64,000 nt of DNA, taken from Eledone cirrhosa (taxonomy: Eukaryota). The translations under genes were made by a program, and so were the position numbers. The stretch covers positions 69,812,001 to 69,876,000 of the forward strand of contig OZ024747.1 in the NCBI GenBank assembly GCA_964016885.1, read 5' to 3'. The notes below the pieces were generated by a model. That model saw nothing but the letters and a program-made list of their open reading frames with translations. It did not search any database and was not told where the DNA came from. Of this stretch, positions 30,052 to 46,838 are shown piece by piece (the first letter of the stretch is position 1; every line of letters begins with the position of its first letter).

Positions 30052-30214
30052 TTCGGGGATATCATATTAACAATATGCTATGCCTTCATCAGACAAAATA
30101 CAATATAAACAGTTTTATAGATAAATATATTCGACATACCGTAATAAACAAAACTGTTTATATTGTATTTTGTCTGATGAAGGCATAGCATATTGTTAAT
30201 ATGATATCCCCGAA
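30052..30214. repeat. Inverted repeat, about 65-bp arms and 33-bp spacer, each arm carrying most of an HHR core
   Basis: ttcggggatatc...catcagacaaaatacaatataaacagtttt mirrored by aaaactgttt...ctgatgaagg...gatatccccgaa. Confidence 0.9.
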
Positions 30215-30275
30215 TTATTTAATATGTATATATATATATATGAATTTACATATAAACACAAATAAATATTCTTTC

Positions 30276-30329
<54 letters not shown>

Positions 30330-30623
30330 GTTATTCCGGGTTGAATCGGAGGTAACCACAGTAAGTAAGGTACTCAATACATAGCAGAGTATAACAGTTT
30401 TAATATATATATATATCATTTCATTCATTTCATTTTACGTCCGCTTTTCCCTGCTTGCAAGGGTGGGACATATATATATATGAATGAATATTTATTTGTG
30501 TTTATATGTAAATTTATATATGTATATACATAGATCCATGTATATATATATATATATATATATATACACAAAACACAGATACATCTATATATGTAAATAT
30601 ATATGTATATATATATATATCTA

Positions 30624-30709
<86 letters not shown>

Positions 30710-30896
30710 TAGACCACGAAAAACATGGGTGGAGGTGGTGAGAACAGACCTCAGATTGCTGAAGCTCACGGTGGAGATGACGAAGGACAAGTAGAGAGAT
30801 GCTGTGCTAAATAAGACCCGTCCAACCCTTGCAAGCAGGGAAAAGCGGACATAAAATGATGATGATGATGATGATATATATATATATATAAATAAA

Positions 30897-30934
<38 letters not shown>

Positions 30935-31092
30935 AATGCATATGTATATATTTAAAATATATAAGTGGAAATATACAGAATGCAATCTTTAATCAAACAT
31001 AACAGTTGTTTCTCAATTTTCTACTCCTTGTATATTTAAGTTTTTTAAGTTATATAAAATATTGCATGTGTACAAATTTAATTTCTAAATAC

Positions 31093-31184
<92 letters not shown>

Positions 31185-31283
31185 GTATATATATGTATAT
31201 ATATACATATATATATGTATATACATATATATATGTATATATATATATATATGTATATATATGTATATATATATATATGTATA

Positions 31284-31320
<37 letters not shown>

Positions 31321-31397
31321 CGAAGGAAATATGGTAAGGAACTAAGTGGACCATAACGCACCAAAGTACTCAATACTTAGGGTAGTAGAGTGGGTAA

Positions 31398-31519
31398 TAG
31401 GAACGAGTAGGACCCCAACGGCTGAGCTCAAGCCGTTTCGACGGCTAATTCTGGACTCAGTCCAGAATTAGCCGTCGAAACGGCCTGAGCTTAACCGTCG
31501 GGGTCCTACTCGTTCCTAT
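31398..31519. repeat. Near-perfect palindrome of an HHR 3'-half repeat
   Basis: ataggaacgagtaggacccc...ctggact-c-agtccag...ggggtcctactcgttcctat; single arms at 3641-3698 and 28160-28212. Confidence 0.9.
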
Positions 31520-31876
31520 ATATATATATATATATATATACATATATACATATATACATACATATATACATATATATATTCATACATATATATTCATTTA
31601 TTATGGATAAGTGGTATAAGTATAGAGTTTCAAAACTCTCCATTTATCCATAATTGATGACTATTTAAACTATACTGTGGTATTGAGTACACATTTTCAC
31701 ATTTCTCAATAACACACATATAAATATATACAAGCGATTCTTTAAATACATTTTCCCGCATTTTTGTTATATTGTATGAAATTTCTATCCATATCCTCAA
31801 TATGTAGGAAGATTTATACATGTTTATTAATTATATACACACACACAAACATGCACGCACAAACATGCACACACTA

Positions 31877-31957
<81 letters not shown>

Positions 31958-31996
31958 AACACACACACTCATACACACACACACACTTATATATAT

Positions 31997-32203
31997 AATG
32001 GTTTTTGGTTTAGGCACAAGGCTAGCAATTCTAGGGGAGTTTAATCAAATCGACCCAGTGCATGACTGGTACTTTATTTTATCGACCCCATAAGGATAAA
32101 AGGCAAAGCTAACCTCGGCAGGACTTGTACTCAGATCGTAAAGGGGTTTAAGTTCATGCCATAAAGCATGTTGTCCGACGCTCTACCGATGCTGCCAATC
32201 CAC
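31997..32203 (-). mobile_element. SINE family A (longer-tail variant)
   Basis: Family A body plus aatcgaccccagtg segment also seen at 45546-45760, 47725-47944 and 8370-8590. Confidence 0.85.
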
Positions 32204-32473
32204 AATGAAGATGATTCAGTGAATTGTTGCTGTGGTAACAAGACAAGCACTCCATGCACAGGCAGAGAGTATTTATTAATAAGAACGATGAAGTTTCGTT
32301 AACATCTATTTAGATTCTTATTGTGTATCGACCTGTTACGCTCTTTTCACAGAGGATTGGCTTAGGGTCACCCATAGAAGGTTTGGACCCGACTCCATTG
32401 TCGATCTGCTCTTCAGACTGAGGAAGCGATAAGCATGAACTTATTTATATATTTTTTACTGTTACGAACAATG

Positions 32474-32637
32474 CAGGGCTGTCTTAACAGCATTATAGGC
32501 CCCCCCCCCGGGTAAAGCAGAGCACTGGGGCCCCTACCTACACAACCACTCACAGGAATAAAAATACAAATGGGCCCCCTATCCTCGTGGGGCCTCCGGG
32601 CAACCGCCCAGCGTGCCCATGCGTTAAGACGGCCCTG
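32474..32637. mobile_element. hAT-type MITE, 164 bp
   Basis: TIRs CAGGGCTGTCTTAAC / GTTAAGACGGCCCTG; perfect 8-bp TSD GAACAATG at 32466-32473 and 32638-32645. Confidence 0.92.
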
Positions 32638-32716
32638 GAACAATGCTTCAGTAATCAACAATATAATTTAATTTCACTATATATATATATATAAATATAT
32701 ATATATTTATATATAT

Positions 32717-32851
<135 letters not shown>

Positions 32852-32859
32852 GTGGGATT

Positions 32860-33235
32860 TCAGACAATAACTAACTTTCTGAGTATATAATAGAAAATAC
32901 TAACCTAGGTAAACATGAAAGAACAGCCGAACTCCCAGTCATCGCCTCCATCTCTTTCGCCCTCTCCATCTCTCCGTATGGTGAGCAAATGGGGTCTCAC
33001 GTGCTGGCCACGCCCACAGCCCCAGCGGACAGAATGGAGGTTTTTTCCGGAGGATGGTAAGGGAGATGCGCTGGAAGAGCCATTCCAACTCACGAGGCTC
33101 ACGCCTGCGGCTGGCCAGCTCAGCGCCTATGGCGGTGAGTAGGAAGGTAGCCCTAGGGCCAAGGACACCAGAAGTCTCCACTGCTAAGGGCACGACCACG
33201 AACCTGTCGGGGTGGTCGTAGTCGTAACTGTGAAT
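32860..33235 (-). mobile_element. CRE-like non-LTR retrotransposon 3' end (restriction-like endonuclease tail)
   Basis: FVVVPLAVETSGVLGPRATFLLTAIGAELASRRREPRELEWLFQRISLTILR resembles the FxPxAVETxGxxG...FQRISxAxxRGN C-terminus of CRE-clade ORFs. Confidence 0.75.
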
Positions 33236-33984
33236 TGTCACTACAGATGCGATGACCTTATACTGGGTCATTGTAGCACGTCACCCCACACCTCCACACC
33301 AATACTGTCACCCTTAAATTTAGCTTTCTGTTTACACAAAAGCTAGACTTTGAATGTCCAATTCACATGCCAACACCCACCCACGTGCGCATGCTGACAC
33401 ACTTGAATCGTTACACACACAAGCACGCACACATAGAAAATACGTGTGTATATGTCTACACAATATATATATATACATACACCCATCATCTCCCTAATCA
33501 CAACAAACCCTATATTTTTTGATCCATCGCCAGTCTGAACAGCAGATCGATAATGGAGTCGGTTCCATAACTTCTATATGCGACCCTAAGCCAATCCTCA
33601 ACGAAACGCGTGTAACAGGTCGAAACACAACACAAATCTAAATCCATTTAAATGAATCTTCATCGTTCTCTTGAATATAAATATATATATAGTATATATA
33701 TTAATAAAGCTATAAGTAACATTTAAAACAAATTTCCTTTATGTATTTTGAAATCTTAAAATATATAAGTATGTAACTATACGAACTCAGGATGGTGTTA
33801 TATCGGCTGAAACATCTGGTAATTTGAAAATGCATTGATTCTTTGGTAATTTTTATAAATACTATTAGCAATATGACCCTCCCAAAGTATAAGAATATCG
33901 GTTTCAACACACGTTTTCAGATAAGGAATCTTGCTAAACAAATTCAGAAACGAAATATATATATATATGTGTGTAGGAAAAGTG

Positions 33985-34020
33985 TCTTAACATTTCGGGC
34001 GCTAGTCCTTCATCAGAAAA
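33985..34020 (-). ncRNA. Minimal hammerhead ribozyme motif
   Basis: TTTT-CTGATGA-A-GGAC-TAGC-GCCC-GAAA-TGTT-AAGA. Confidence 0.65.
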
Positions 34021-34263
34021 TAGAATGAGAAATTAAACAACAAATAGAAATGTAAAGGATTGTGAGCAGTGGCAGAAACGAAAATATATTTGTATGAAAA
34101 TAAAAAATTCTATTCAAGTCCCCATATCTTGTAAAACTGATGAATGCAGTGTTGACGTATAAGAAGTTCAATTGCCCATGATTTATATATATATAAGCAG
34201 ATATATATATATATATATATATGCTTATATATATATATATTTATATTTATATATATATATATT

Positions 34264-34378
<115 letters not shown>

Positions 34379-34726
34379 ATATTTGGGGAGGGTCATATTT
34401 GCGTAATATTGCCAGAATTAATAACAGAACACACTCACTGTTTGGTTGGTTTTCGCTTCTCGCTGTCTTTTATATATATGTATCTGCGATCTAACTTACT
34501 CGGTCCTCAATGTTGCCATTGACTGACCGGCGGTCAAAAATAATACAGATACAATATAGACAAACACATATATATATAGTTTACATAAATCTTTCGTTGC
34601 ACATCTGCAACATCGTCAGTGGTGTTATATTCATTGTTCCTCCTGTTGTGTTGTATGTCTACGCCATTTTTTTTTTTTTGTTCAGTCTGTCTATATATTT
34701 ATTTATTTATTTGCTTATATCGCCGC

Positions 34727-34765
<39 letters not shown>

Positions 34766-34814
34766 ACTTATATATATATAAATATATATATATATAAGCA
34801 TATATATATATCTG

Positions 34815-34870
<56 letters not shown>

Positions 34871-35386
34871 TATATATATATATATGCTTATATATATATA
34901 TCTATATATATATATACCTAGTGAATGTAAGGAAGAGAAATCGAAAATACAACTGGAATCTTTTTAAGAATATTAATTTATTTCCCTTACGAGTTTCACA
35001 GTTCTTATGTTTTTCAGAAGTAAAATTGAGATGGAGAGTTTGTATTTCTGTTGTGGTTTCTCCCCCCCCCCTCTCTCTCTCTCTCTCTCACACATACACA
35101 TATGTGTGTGTCTTGGAGTGTGTGTGCATGTATGTATGCGACAAATAAACGGAAGCAAATAACCAAACAACATAATGCAATATAATAGTTTAACCATGGT
35201 GCATTCTGAAATTTTAAGGTCCAATGCGACGGTTCTGATTGACTTTCATCTTATTTTATCGATTAATTAAAAACAAATTTTTCTTACAAACGTATATGTT
35301 CTTATTGTACTAGGACCTTGTGCATGCGTTTGCGTTTGGCTGCTGATTTGGATCCCAGTCAACTTTCTTCCCCCCCCCCCCCCCCC

Positions 35387-35421
<35 letters not shown>

Positions 35422-35430
35422 GTGTGTATT

Positions 35431-35471
<41 letters not shown>

Positions 35472-35556
35472 AAAAAGTAAACAGAAATAACAACACAAAC
35501 GATACAGTATATAGAAGGAATATATTAGGTTAACGCATGAAATAGCAGGAAGAGGG

Positions 35557-35592
35557 TCTTAACGTTTCGGACGCAAGTCTTTCATCAGAAGA
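35557..35592 (-). ncRNA. Minimal hammerhead ribozyme motif within repeat 35472-35672 (family copies 9525-9695, 53857-54057)
   Basis: TCTT-CTGATGA-A-AGAC-TTGC-GTCC-GAAA-CGTT-AAGA. Confidence 0.75.
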
Positions 35593-35669
35593 AAGAATGA
35601 GAAATTAGATAGATTGAAGGGACGGGTGGGTTGGAATTGGAAAAATGTCTTTAGATAAAAATAACAGGT

Positions 35670-35728
<59 letters not shown>

Positions 35729-35997
35729 CGGTAAATATGCTGACTAAACGGGTTTGCGGACATCGGCTATCAAAACATATAATTTGTCCGTTCCCTTGTC
35801 TTTGGAGAGGAACCGCAACCTTATTACATAATGATACTGTTTGATGTGAACGCATGACCGGTTACATGATTGAACGATCACGTTGCGACGATAATCATTG
35901 AAATATGTATCACAGCTTTATTAATAAAGGACTCTTTAACATCTACACCGAACTTCACAATTTTCTTAATTCCATTTTTCAACTCACACACACACTA

Positions 35998-36080
<83 letters not shown>

Positions 36081-36457
36081 GAGAGAGAGAACTTTTGAAT
36101 AAAACCGGTCAAGTAAAAGACTATTCTTTTTTTATATGAATTTAGGTGAATTTATTTTCTTTCTGTACCATACACTTACCACGTAAATATAATAAATAAA
36201 AACACATTAGGTGTTTTTTTTCAAAATCTTCATTATTAATTTTCTCATATAATACGATTTGTACAGAAATCATTATTCTTTCAACATTTTGAGATTTCTC
36301 TCGCTCCCTCTCGAAAGAAACAGTTCTAGTCCTGTGAATCCATTTCTATATTAAATATTTATACCCTGCTATGTATTGAGTGACCTTACTTACTGTGGTT
36401 ACCTCCGATTGAACCTGGGATAAACTCATATTTTAGCACTTACTGTACCCCTCTGTG

Positions 36458-36508
36458 GGTTTCCTGATGATTTCTCCCGAATGAAACAGTTCTAGTCCTG
36501 TAGAAGCC
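36458..36508 (+). ncRNA. Complete type I hammerhead ribozyme, predicted GUA cleavage after 36502
   Basis: GGTTTC-CTGATGA-TTTC-TCCC-GAAT-GAAA-CAG-TTCTAGTC-CTG-TA-GAAGCC; 6-bp stem I, short stem II, 4-bp stem III. Confidence 0.8.
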
Positions 36509-36511
36509 ATT

Positions 36512-39394
<2,883 letters not shown>

Positions 39395-39404
39395 TATACA
39401 TATA

Positions 39405-39536
<132 letters not shown>

Positions 39537-39859
39537 TGTGGGACCTCTGTTCATGAACAATGTTTTGAAGATAAAACGTCTCGATTCACAAACGGTGTCT
39601 CAAGTAATGTACATGGAAGCCAGCAACAACTGTCGGCAACAACTGTCGGCAACAAGCTTGGAGTGTCGTCACTTGCTGTGTAGTTAGTTACTATGGTGAT
39701 ATCCATCTGTCTCTCACTTACAGTTTCTTTCTCACTCTATTTTTCTTTCAACATTTCGTATGGGAAAAATTGTTTCAATTTACAAACATTTCAGGTGACA
39801 AGTTTTGTAATACTGGAATCCCTTCCTAACACTAACCAATTTGCCGGAGTCACTGGGTG

Positions 39860-39893
<34 letters not shown>

Positions 39894-40037
39894 CATTCTC
39901 GCATGCTCTGACGAATAGACTGGTTACGCAAAAACAGGCGGGTAGCGATCTCTAGACCTACCAGTTCAGAGAAACAATTGTCAGCAACGTGAATAAAGCC
40001 CTTATTGTAAAGCAAACCATGTCACTCTTCTTTCTTG

Positions 40038-40109
<72 letters not shown>

Positions 40110-40378
40110 ATACTTTGGGAGGGTCATGTTGCCAATAAGAAACACACGCACCAGTTGCTTTCACTTCAATTTATTATTATAATAAATTTATAATAAATTT
40201 ATAAATTTATAAATTTCTGGCTGGTTGGTTGGTTCCACAACCAGATAGTGAAAGCAACTGGTGCGTGTGTTTCTTATTGGCAACATGACCCTCCCAAAGT
40301 ATAACAATATCGGTTTCAACACACGATTTCAGATAAAGAATCTTGCTAAACAAATTCAGAAACGATATATATATATAT

Positions 40379-40423
<45 letters not shown>

Positions 40424-40453
40424 CATAATATACAATGATTCAAGCAAACTACA

Positions 40454-40498
<45 letters not shown>

Positions 40499-40507
<9 letters not shown>

Positions 40508-40870
40508 AAGAATTAGAAATAGAAGCCAGGACTATCCATCATCAGTCGTCTACTAGCCATCATAGGTATTTCTTCGCATTACAGACCATATACCTCCGGC
40601 TAGGGCAATACAATAACTAAATTAAGTTATTGGGATAAAAAGAGTTGGGTGTAGAAAGAGAGACAGGTAAACAAACACAAATGTTGAAGCAACGTTTGTT
40701 TACCTGTCTCTCTTTCTCCACCCAACTCTTTTTATCCCAATAACTTAATTTAGTTATTGTATTGCCCTAGCCGGAGGTATATGGTCTGTAATGCGAAGAA
40801 ATACCTATGATGGCTAGTAGACCACTGATGATGGATAGTCCTGGCTTCTATTTCTAATTCTTTATTATAT
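40499..40870. repeat. Long inverted repeat, about 178-bp arms and 17-bp spacer
   Basis: Arms 40499-40676 and 40694-40870 are reverse complements with about 2 mismatches; flanked by (TA)n. Confidence 0.93.
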
Positions 40871-40902
40871 ATATCATATTTGCAACAACACAGCTCACCA
40901 TT

Positions 40903-40938
<36 letters not shown>

Positions 40939-41089
40939 ATGATGATGATGATATATATATATACAATGTTGTAGTTTGCTTGAATCATTGTATATAATAT
41001 ATAACGTTGCAAGAGATAGAAGGTTAAGCAATGTAAAATGGACTGTTCTGATGAGGTAACGAAAAGTAAAAGTATGTTACTTGCTAAGC

Positions 41090-41660
41090 TTTTTTTTGTT
41101 TGTTCTTTTTATCTGTCCAATATTTCAGGACCTAAAGTCCCTTCTTCAGGGTTAAGAAACTTTCAGTGGATAATGTTCCAATTTCCTCTCTTTGGGATTA
41201 AATTTTGATTTTGATTAAAACATTTTCTAAGTCGTTTTCAAGCGTTTCGATTTTTTTATCGTTATTTCGCTTTCCACGTCTATTACCAATATAGTATTTT
41301 GTGAAATCAATTTTCTTTTTTGTATGAGATGTTTAGTTTGTGTGTCTGTAGGTATGTCTTTTAATATTAAGTAATGTGTGCTGAGTTCTAATCTATTATT
41401 TATTTATGGGTTGAGTCTACATATGAGCAAGGCTTCCTCAATTCTTAGATTGCCCACATTTCTAACACTGGCTTTAACAGTAAAGGTCATATGCTGGTTG
41501 ATGTTTCTACATTTGTCAATGTGTTTTTTTAATGAGGATGCGAGTGAGTTGAAGTGTTCTTTAATGCGAGTGTGGAGTGCTCAAGTCGTGCTACCAATGT
41601 AGACCTTACATTTGTTGCATTCAATCCAGTATACCACATGTGTCCGCTGGATAGGGCAGT
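41090..41660 (-). mobile_element. Penelope-like element 3' end: degraded GIY-YIG endonuclease plus pLTR with HHR
   Basis: CPIQRTHVVYWIECNKCKVYIGSTT*ALHTRIKEH...LRIEEALLICRLNP*IN; HHR at 41117-41151. Confidence 0.85.
41117..41151 (-). ncRNA. Minimal hammerhead ribozyme motif in Penelope pLTR
   Basis: CC-CTGAAGA-AG-GGAC-TTTAG-GTCC-T-GAAA-TATT-GG. Confidence 0.7.
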
Positions 41661-41679
41661 TAGTCAATGCTTGCTGACT

Positions 41680-41860
41680 AACTAAAGGAATGGCAAAGGC
41701 TGATACAGCCTGGCACCAATGAACTCACAACTCATTCTTACAGCTGAGTAAACTGGAGCAAGCTGAAATACAGTATCTTGCTCAAGGACACAACACAAAT
41801 CCTGGTCCGAGAATCAGACTCACAACATCACGATTGTAAGACCATCTCTAACCACTATAC
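41680..41860 (-). mobile_element. SINE family B-related copy with alternative 3' part (like 46215-46410 +)
   Basis: tRNA-like head and TCCTTGAGCAAGA...GCTCCAGTTTACTCAGCTGTA core. Confidence 0.7.
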
Positions 41861-41879
41861 CATATACATAAATAAACAT

Positions 41880-41943
<64 letters not shown>

Positions 41944-42566
41944 TAACTATTTCCAAAATCCTTCTAGGTAGTAGAACATAAAGATGAAGAATTACAAAAG
42001 GAGAAAAAGAAAATGATTTTGTTAATATGTATATATAACATAAATTTCCATTTTATTTCAATATCAAAATCAAACTTTAATCTACAAATAACTAAAATGT
42101 AACATAATCATACATACATACCAACATACATACATATACACACATATACCATCATCATCATCATCATCATCGTTTAACGTCCGTGTTCCACGCTTGCATG
42201 GGTATATAAGTATATATATATTATTTGATACCCATTATCTGTAATAATATATATCTATTGCATGTGTATTATTTATCTAATATGTCTACATATAAAATAA
42301 CTTATACATCTGAAAATATATATAATTATTTTAAGCATTCACTTGTGAAATATTTATTATGTAAATAGATGTGCACTGCTATATGCATACACTCACATAC
42401 ACAAACACATACATATATATGTAAGTGTGAGTTGATATTTGAATATATAATAAAGACTGATAATAGTATATTTATACGTAATAATAATTTCATAAGGAAC
42501 ACACACAATGAGATATTCTTAGTAGAAATGGAGAGTTAACATTTCTGAGCAGAACACGTTATTACC

Positions 42567-42598
<32 letters not shown>

Positions 42599-42673
42599 TA
42601 AAATAACAGATTAAATATATACATCTATATTTATATATATATATATATAGATGTATATATATATATAAATATA

Positions 42674-42757
<84 letters not shown>

Positions 42758-43660
42758 CATATTGATGTATATATGTATATATTTAAATATATATAATATA
42801 AATATATATACACATATACACTCACATACACATGCACATATATATATACACATATGCATGTATTTGTATATATATAATATATATATATATATATAAATAT
42901 ATATATATATGTGTGTGTGTATGTAGCTCTATCCTTAGGTGTGAATGTATATAAACAAGTATATAGGTATGTATATAAATGTATACACAGGAATAGGAAT
43001 AGAGAGAAAGAAAGATGTAGAAAATAAAATATATGTATGATGATATTATATTTAACTTAAGATTTGTTGTTAATATAATATAAAAATGTATGATAATTCC
43101 CACAAATATAAATAATATAACACAAGTAAACACACTTATAGAAATATGTATGTGTGCATGTGCATGCATGTGTCTTTGTATGTATTTGTCTTAGTGGGTA
43201 TGTGCAAAATTGTGTGTGAATTACTTATTATTTATTATATACATATGACATTGTGTGTCTAGATAGATAATGCGTTTTACATCTGCAAATATATATGGAT
43301 ATTATAAGCTGGTATGCAGTTATTAAAAGTTATTAAATATTTAATACATAATTACAATAAACACACACAGACACACACACACAGATATATATATACATAC
43401 ATATATATATATATATATATACATATATACATATATATATACAAATATATATATCTATATTTATATATATACTCTTGCCTCAAGTGGGAAAACCCCCGTC
43501 CAAACCCATGCAAGCGTGGAACACGGACGCTAAACCTGATGATGATGATGATGATGATATATATATATGAATGTATGTATATATACATACATACATATAT
43601 ATATACAGATGTGTTGGTATCTGTGTTTCATCACATACATATTAATTTATATATATATAT

Positions 43661-43734
<74 letters not shown>

Positions 43735-43739
<5 letters not shown>

Positions 43740-43999
43740 GTTGTTTCTTGAGCAAGACACTATATTTCACATTGTTCCAGTTTACTCAGCTTTAGAAATG
43801 AGATGATAGGGACTGGGGTCCATATCATTCCACTGCAAAGTGGTTGTGGAGGTGCCACAGCAAAAAAGCACCCAGCACTCACTGTAAATGAGGTTGGTGT
43901 TAGGAAGGGCATCCAGCTGTAGAAATCAAGCCAGAATCAGTTTCCATCCCACCCTTGCAAGCAGGGAAAAGCAGACGTAAAATGATGATGGTGATGATG

Positions 44000-44002
<3 letters not shown>
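43735..44002 (+). mobile_element. SINE family B, 5'-truncated
   Basis: Matches 46839-47168. Confidence 0.85.
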
Positions 44003-44040
<38 letters not shown>

Positions 44041-44272
44041 CATATATATATATATATATATACATACATATATATATATATATATATACATACATGGGTA
44101 TATTATTAAAATAAATATACCCAGTTTTTATATTTAGACCTCTAATATTTGAATACCTTCTATAATATTTGCACATACACCTCATCAATTTATTTTTTAA
44201 CCGTTATTCACAGCCGTTTTTCATTTTGGCAGCATACCTGATGAAAAGTCTCTCTCTCTCACTACCCCTCTC

Positions 44273-44324
<52 letters not shown>

Positions 44325-44687
44325 TCTTCCTTCTTTCTTCTCTTTGTTTTTCCTTTTTCTCTTCGCTTTCCTTTTCTTCTATTTTCCTATCTATTTCTTA
44401 CTATAGTATTAACACATATTTCTGTCATATGTAGACTTAGCACTTTCCTATAAACAAGTGCTATTATGCCTCATATCATTGTACCTTATTTTATCTGAAG
44501 AGAACACAATATCTGTCCCAGGATGATTTTGTATATAATAAAATATATGGAACTCTTATAACCATCTTTTATTTCATCTTTATTATATATACTCCAGTTC
44601 TACCAACTGTTGAGTGCTACTTATCTGATATATGCATAGTTTTATTGTTCTACAATATTACTCACCTTCTATATATATACATATATA

Positions 44688-44743
<56 letters not shown>

Positions 44744-45208
44744 CTATAAATAAATATATATATATACATACATATTTGTGTTTATGATATATTATAATTA
44801 TAAGGTACACAAACACATATGACAGTGAGTTTATATTTAAAGATTTTGCACATACCTATGATTGTATTTTTGCATGGACTAGCAATTATATATATATATG
44901 TGTGTGTATATATATATATATATATGTGTGTATATATATATATATGTGTGTATATATATAAACAAATAGTAAAAAGGAAAAATATATACATAGGTGAATA
45001 CATATATGCATATTCATATATTATATATATATACATTTGTATATACCCACAAACTCATGCATACAATTAAAAATTCACACATCTATAACTCCTATAAAAA
45101 AATATATAGATCATGAGATGCACAGATAGGTTGGCAGATAAATCTGCTTGTATGACTAAATAAACATCCAATTATTTCAGTGTATAAAATAATTTATGTA
45201 CTGCTGTC

Positions 45209-45256
<48 letters not shown>

Positions 45257-45299
45257 GAAAGGTATAGAAAACATTGTAGCAAAAAGCCAACAGTATTCC

Positions 45300-45352
<53 letters not shown>

Positions 45353-45545
45353 CTTGAGGTGTAGCACACAACAAATATACAGACTCTGTATTGCAGGTTT
45401 CAACAGTATATTTTACTGGAAATATATCTATGTAGAAACACATTGGCAAAATAAAAAAAAAAAGGAAAGAAATATATATAACCTTGAAAAAAAAAATAAT
45501 AGTGTATGGAGAAATATATAATCTTGATAATAGTAATAATAATAA

Positions 45546-45760
45546 TAATGGTTTCTGATTTAGGCACAAGGCCAACAATTTTTGGGGTGGGGAAAGTCGA
45601 TTAAATCGACCCCAGTGTGTTACTGATACTTTATTTTATCAAGTTTGTAAGGAAGAAAGGCAAAGCTAACCTCAGTTGGATTTGAACTCAGAACGTAAAA
45701 GGCTGTAACTCTATGTTGCTAATCATGTTCAACACTCTACCGATTCTGTAAATCCACTGC
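45546..45760 (-). mobile_element. SINE family A
   Basis: Reverse complement of family A body. Confidence 0.8.
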
Positions 45761-46050
45761 TCTAAAAATAATGGTAATAATTGTATATGGAATCCTTTTG
45801 GTTCCCCTTCATACGCTTTTCGTTAAACAAAACAAAAATCAAATGGCTGCATGTATATAGTTGGTAAGTTAACAATTTTGATATCAGCTTGTCCAATACA
45901 ACTCCTGGGTCTGTGAAGCAGAATGGCCAATTTTAACTGCTTCCTGTTCAAATTAATACCTTCCACCATAATTATAAAAAAAAACAACCTTGTGTTAAGT
46001 TATGTTACTAATAGAATTTTCATTCATAATTGATAATTAGTTATATATAT

Positions 46051-46090
<40 letters not shown>

Positions 46091-46444
46091 TGCAGTGCTG
46101 AGACCAGGTAGAACACTAATCATGAGATTACTCAATGCATGTAGAGATGAAGTGTAGGTATAGAGATATGTAAAATCCTGACTGTGGCACCAAGCAGCTT
46201 TGGCTTCTGAAGGCCCATGGCTTAGTGGTTAGAGCATGGTGCTTGTAATCGGGAGGTTGTGAGTTCAATTATCGGACCAACTGATGCATTGTGTCTTTCA
46301 GCAAAACAATTTATTTCATATTGCTCCAGTTTACTCAGCTGTAGAATTGAGTTGCAGTGCCAAGCTGTATCGGCCTTAGCCTTTCCCTTGGACAACATCG
46401 GTGAGTTATTCCCTGATAGGAGGATCAAGGAATAACTTACTCTA

Positions 46445-46482
<38 letters not shown>

Positions 46483-46838
46483 AAGGTAGTCCTTGAGTCT
46501 TATTTAACCCTGTAAAACCTGTCACATGATCAAGTCATCCAGGACTAAACTGAAAGCTGGCTAAGGAACTAAACCAATATCATCTCAACACAATTCTCGT
46601 CAACAATATTACAACTTTCCCCTGACACAATCCATTAACAAAAGTATTTGATACATGTAGCTAAGATATTGGCAATGAATGAATATGTATAGGTGCATTG
46701 ATTCAGGGATATAATATAGTAAATGTGTAAAACATATTGTTGCTTGTATTTTACTGAAACCAATCAATATATATATATATATATATTTCGATTGCAAGCC
46801 AATGCTCTAACCACTAAGATATATATATATATATATAT

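Noticed and set aside
41047-41070. CTGATGAGGTAACGAAA as an HHR
   Set aside because: Stems I and III are not convincing; not counted
46215-46285. tRNA-like sequences (also 46839, 54693, 15004)
   Set aside because: No proper acceptor stem; they continue into SINE bodies, so they are SINE heads
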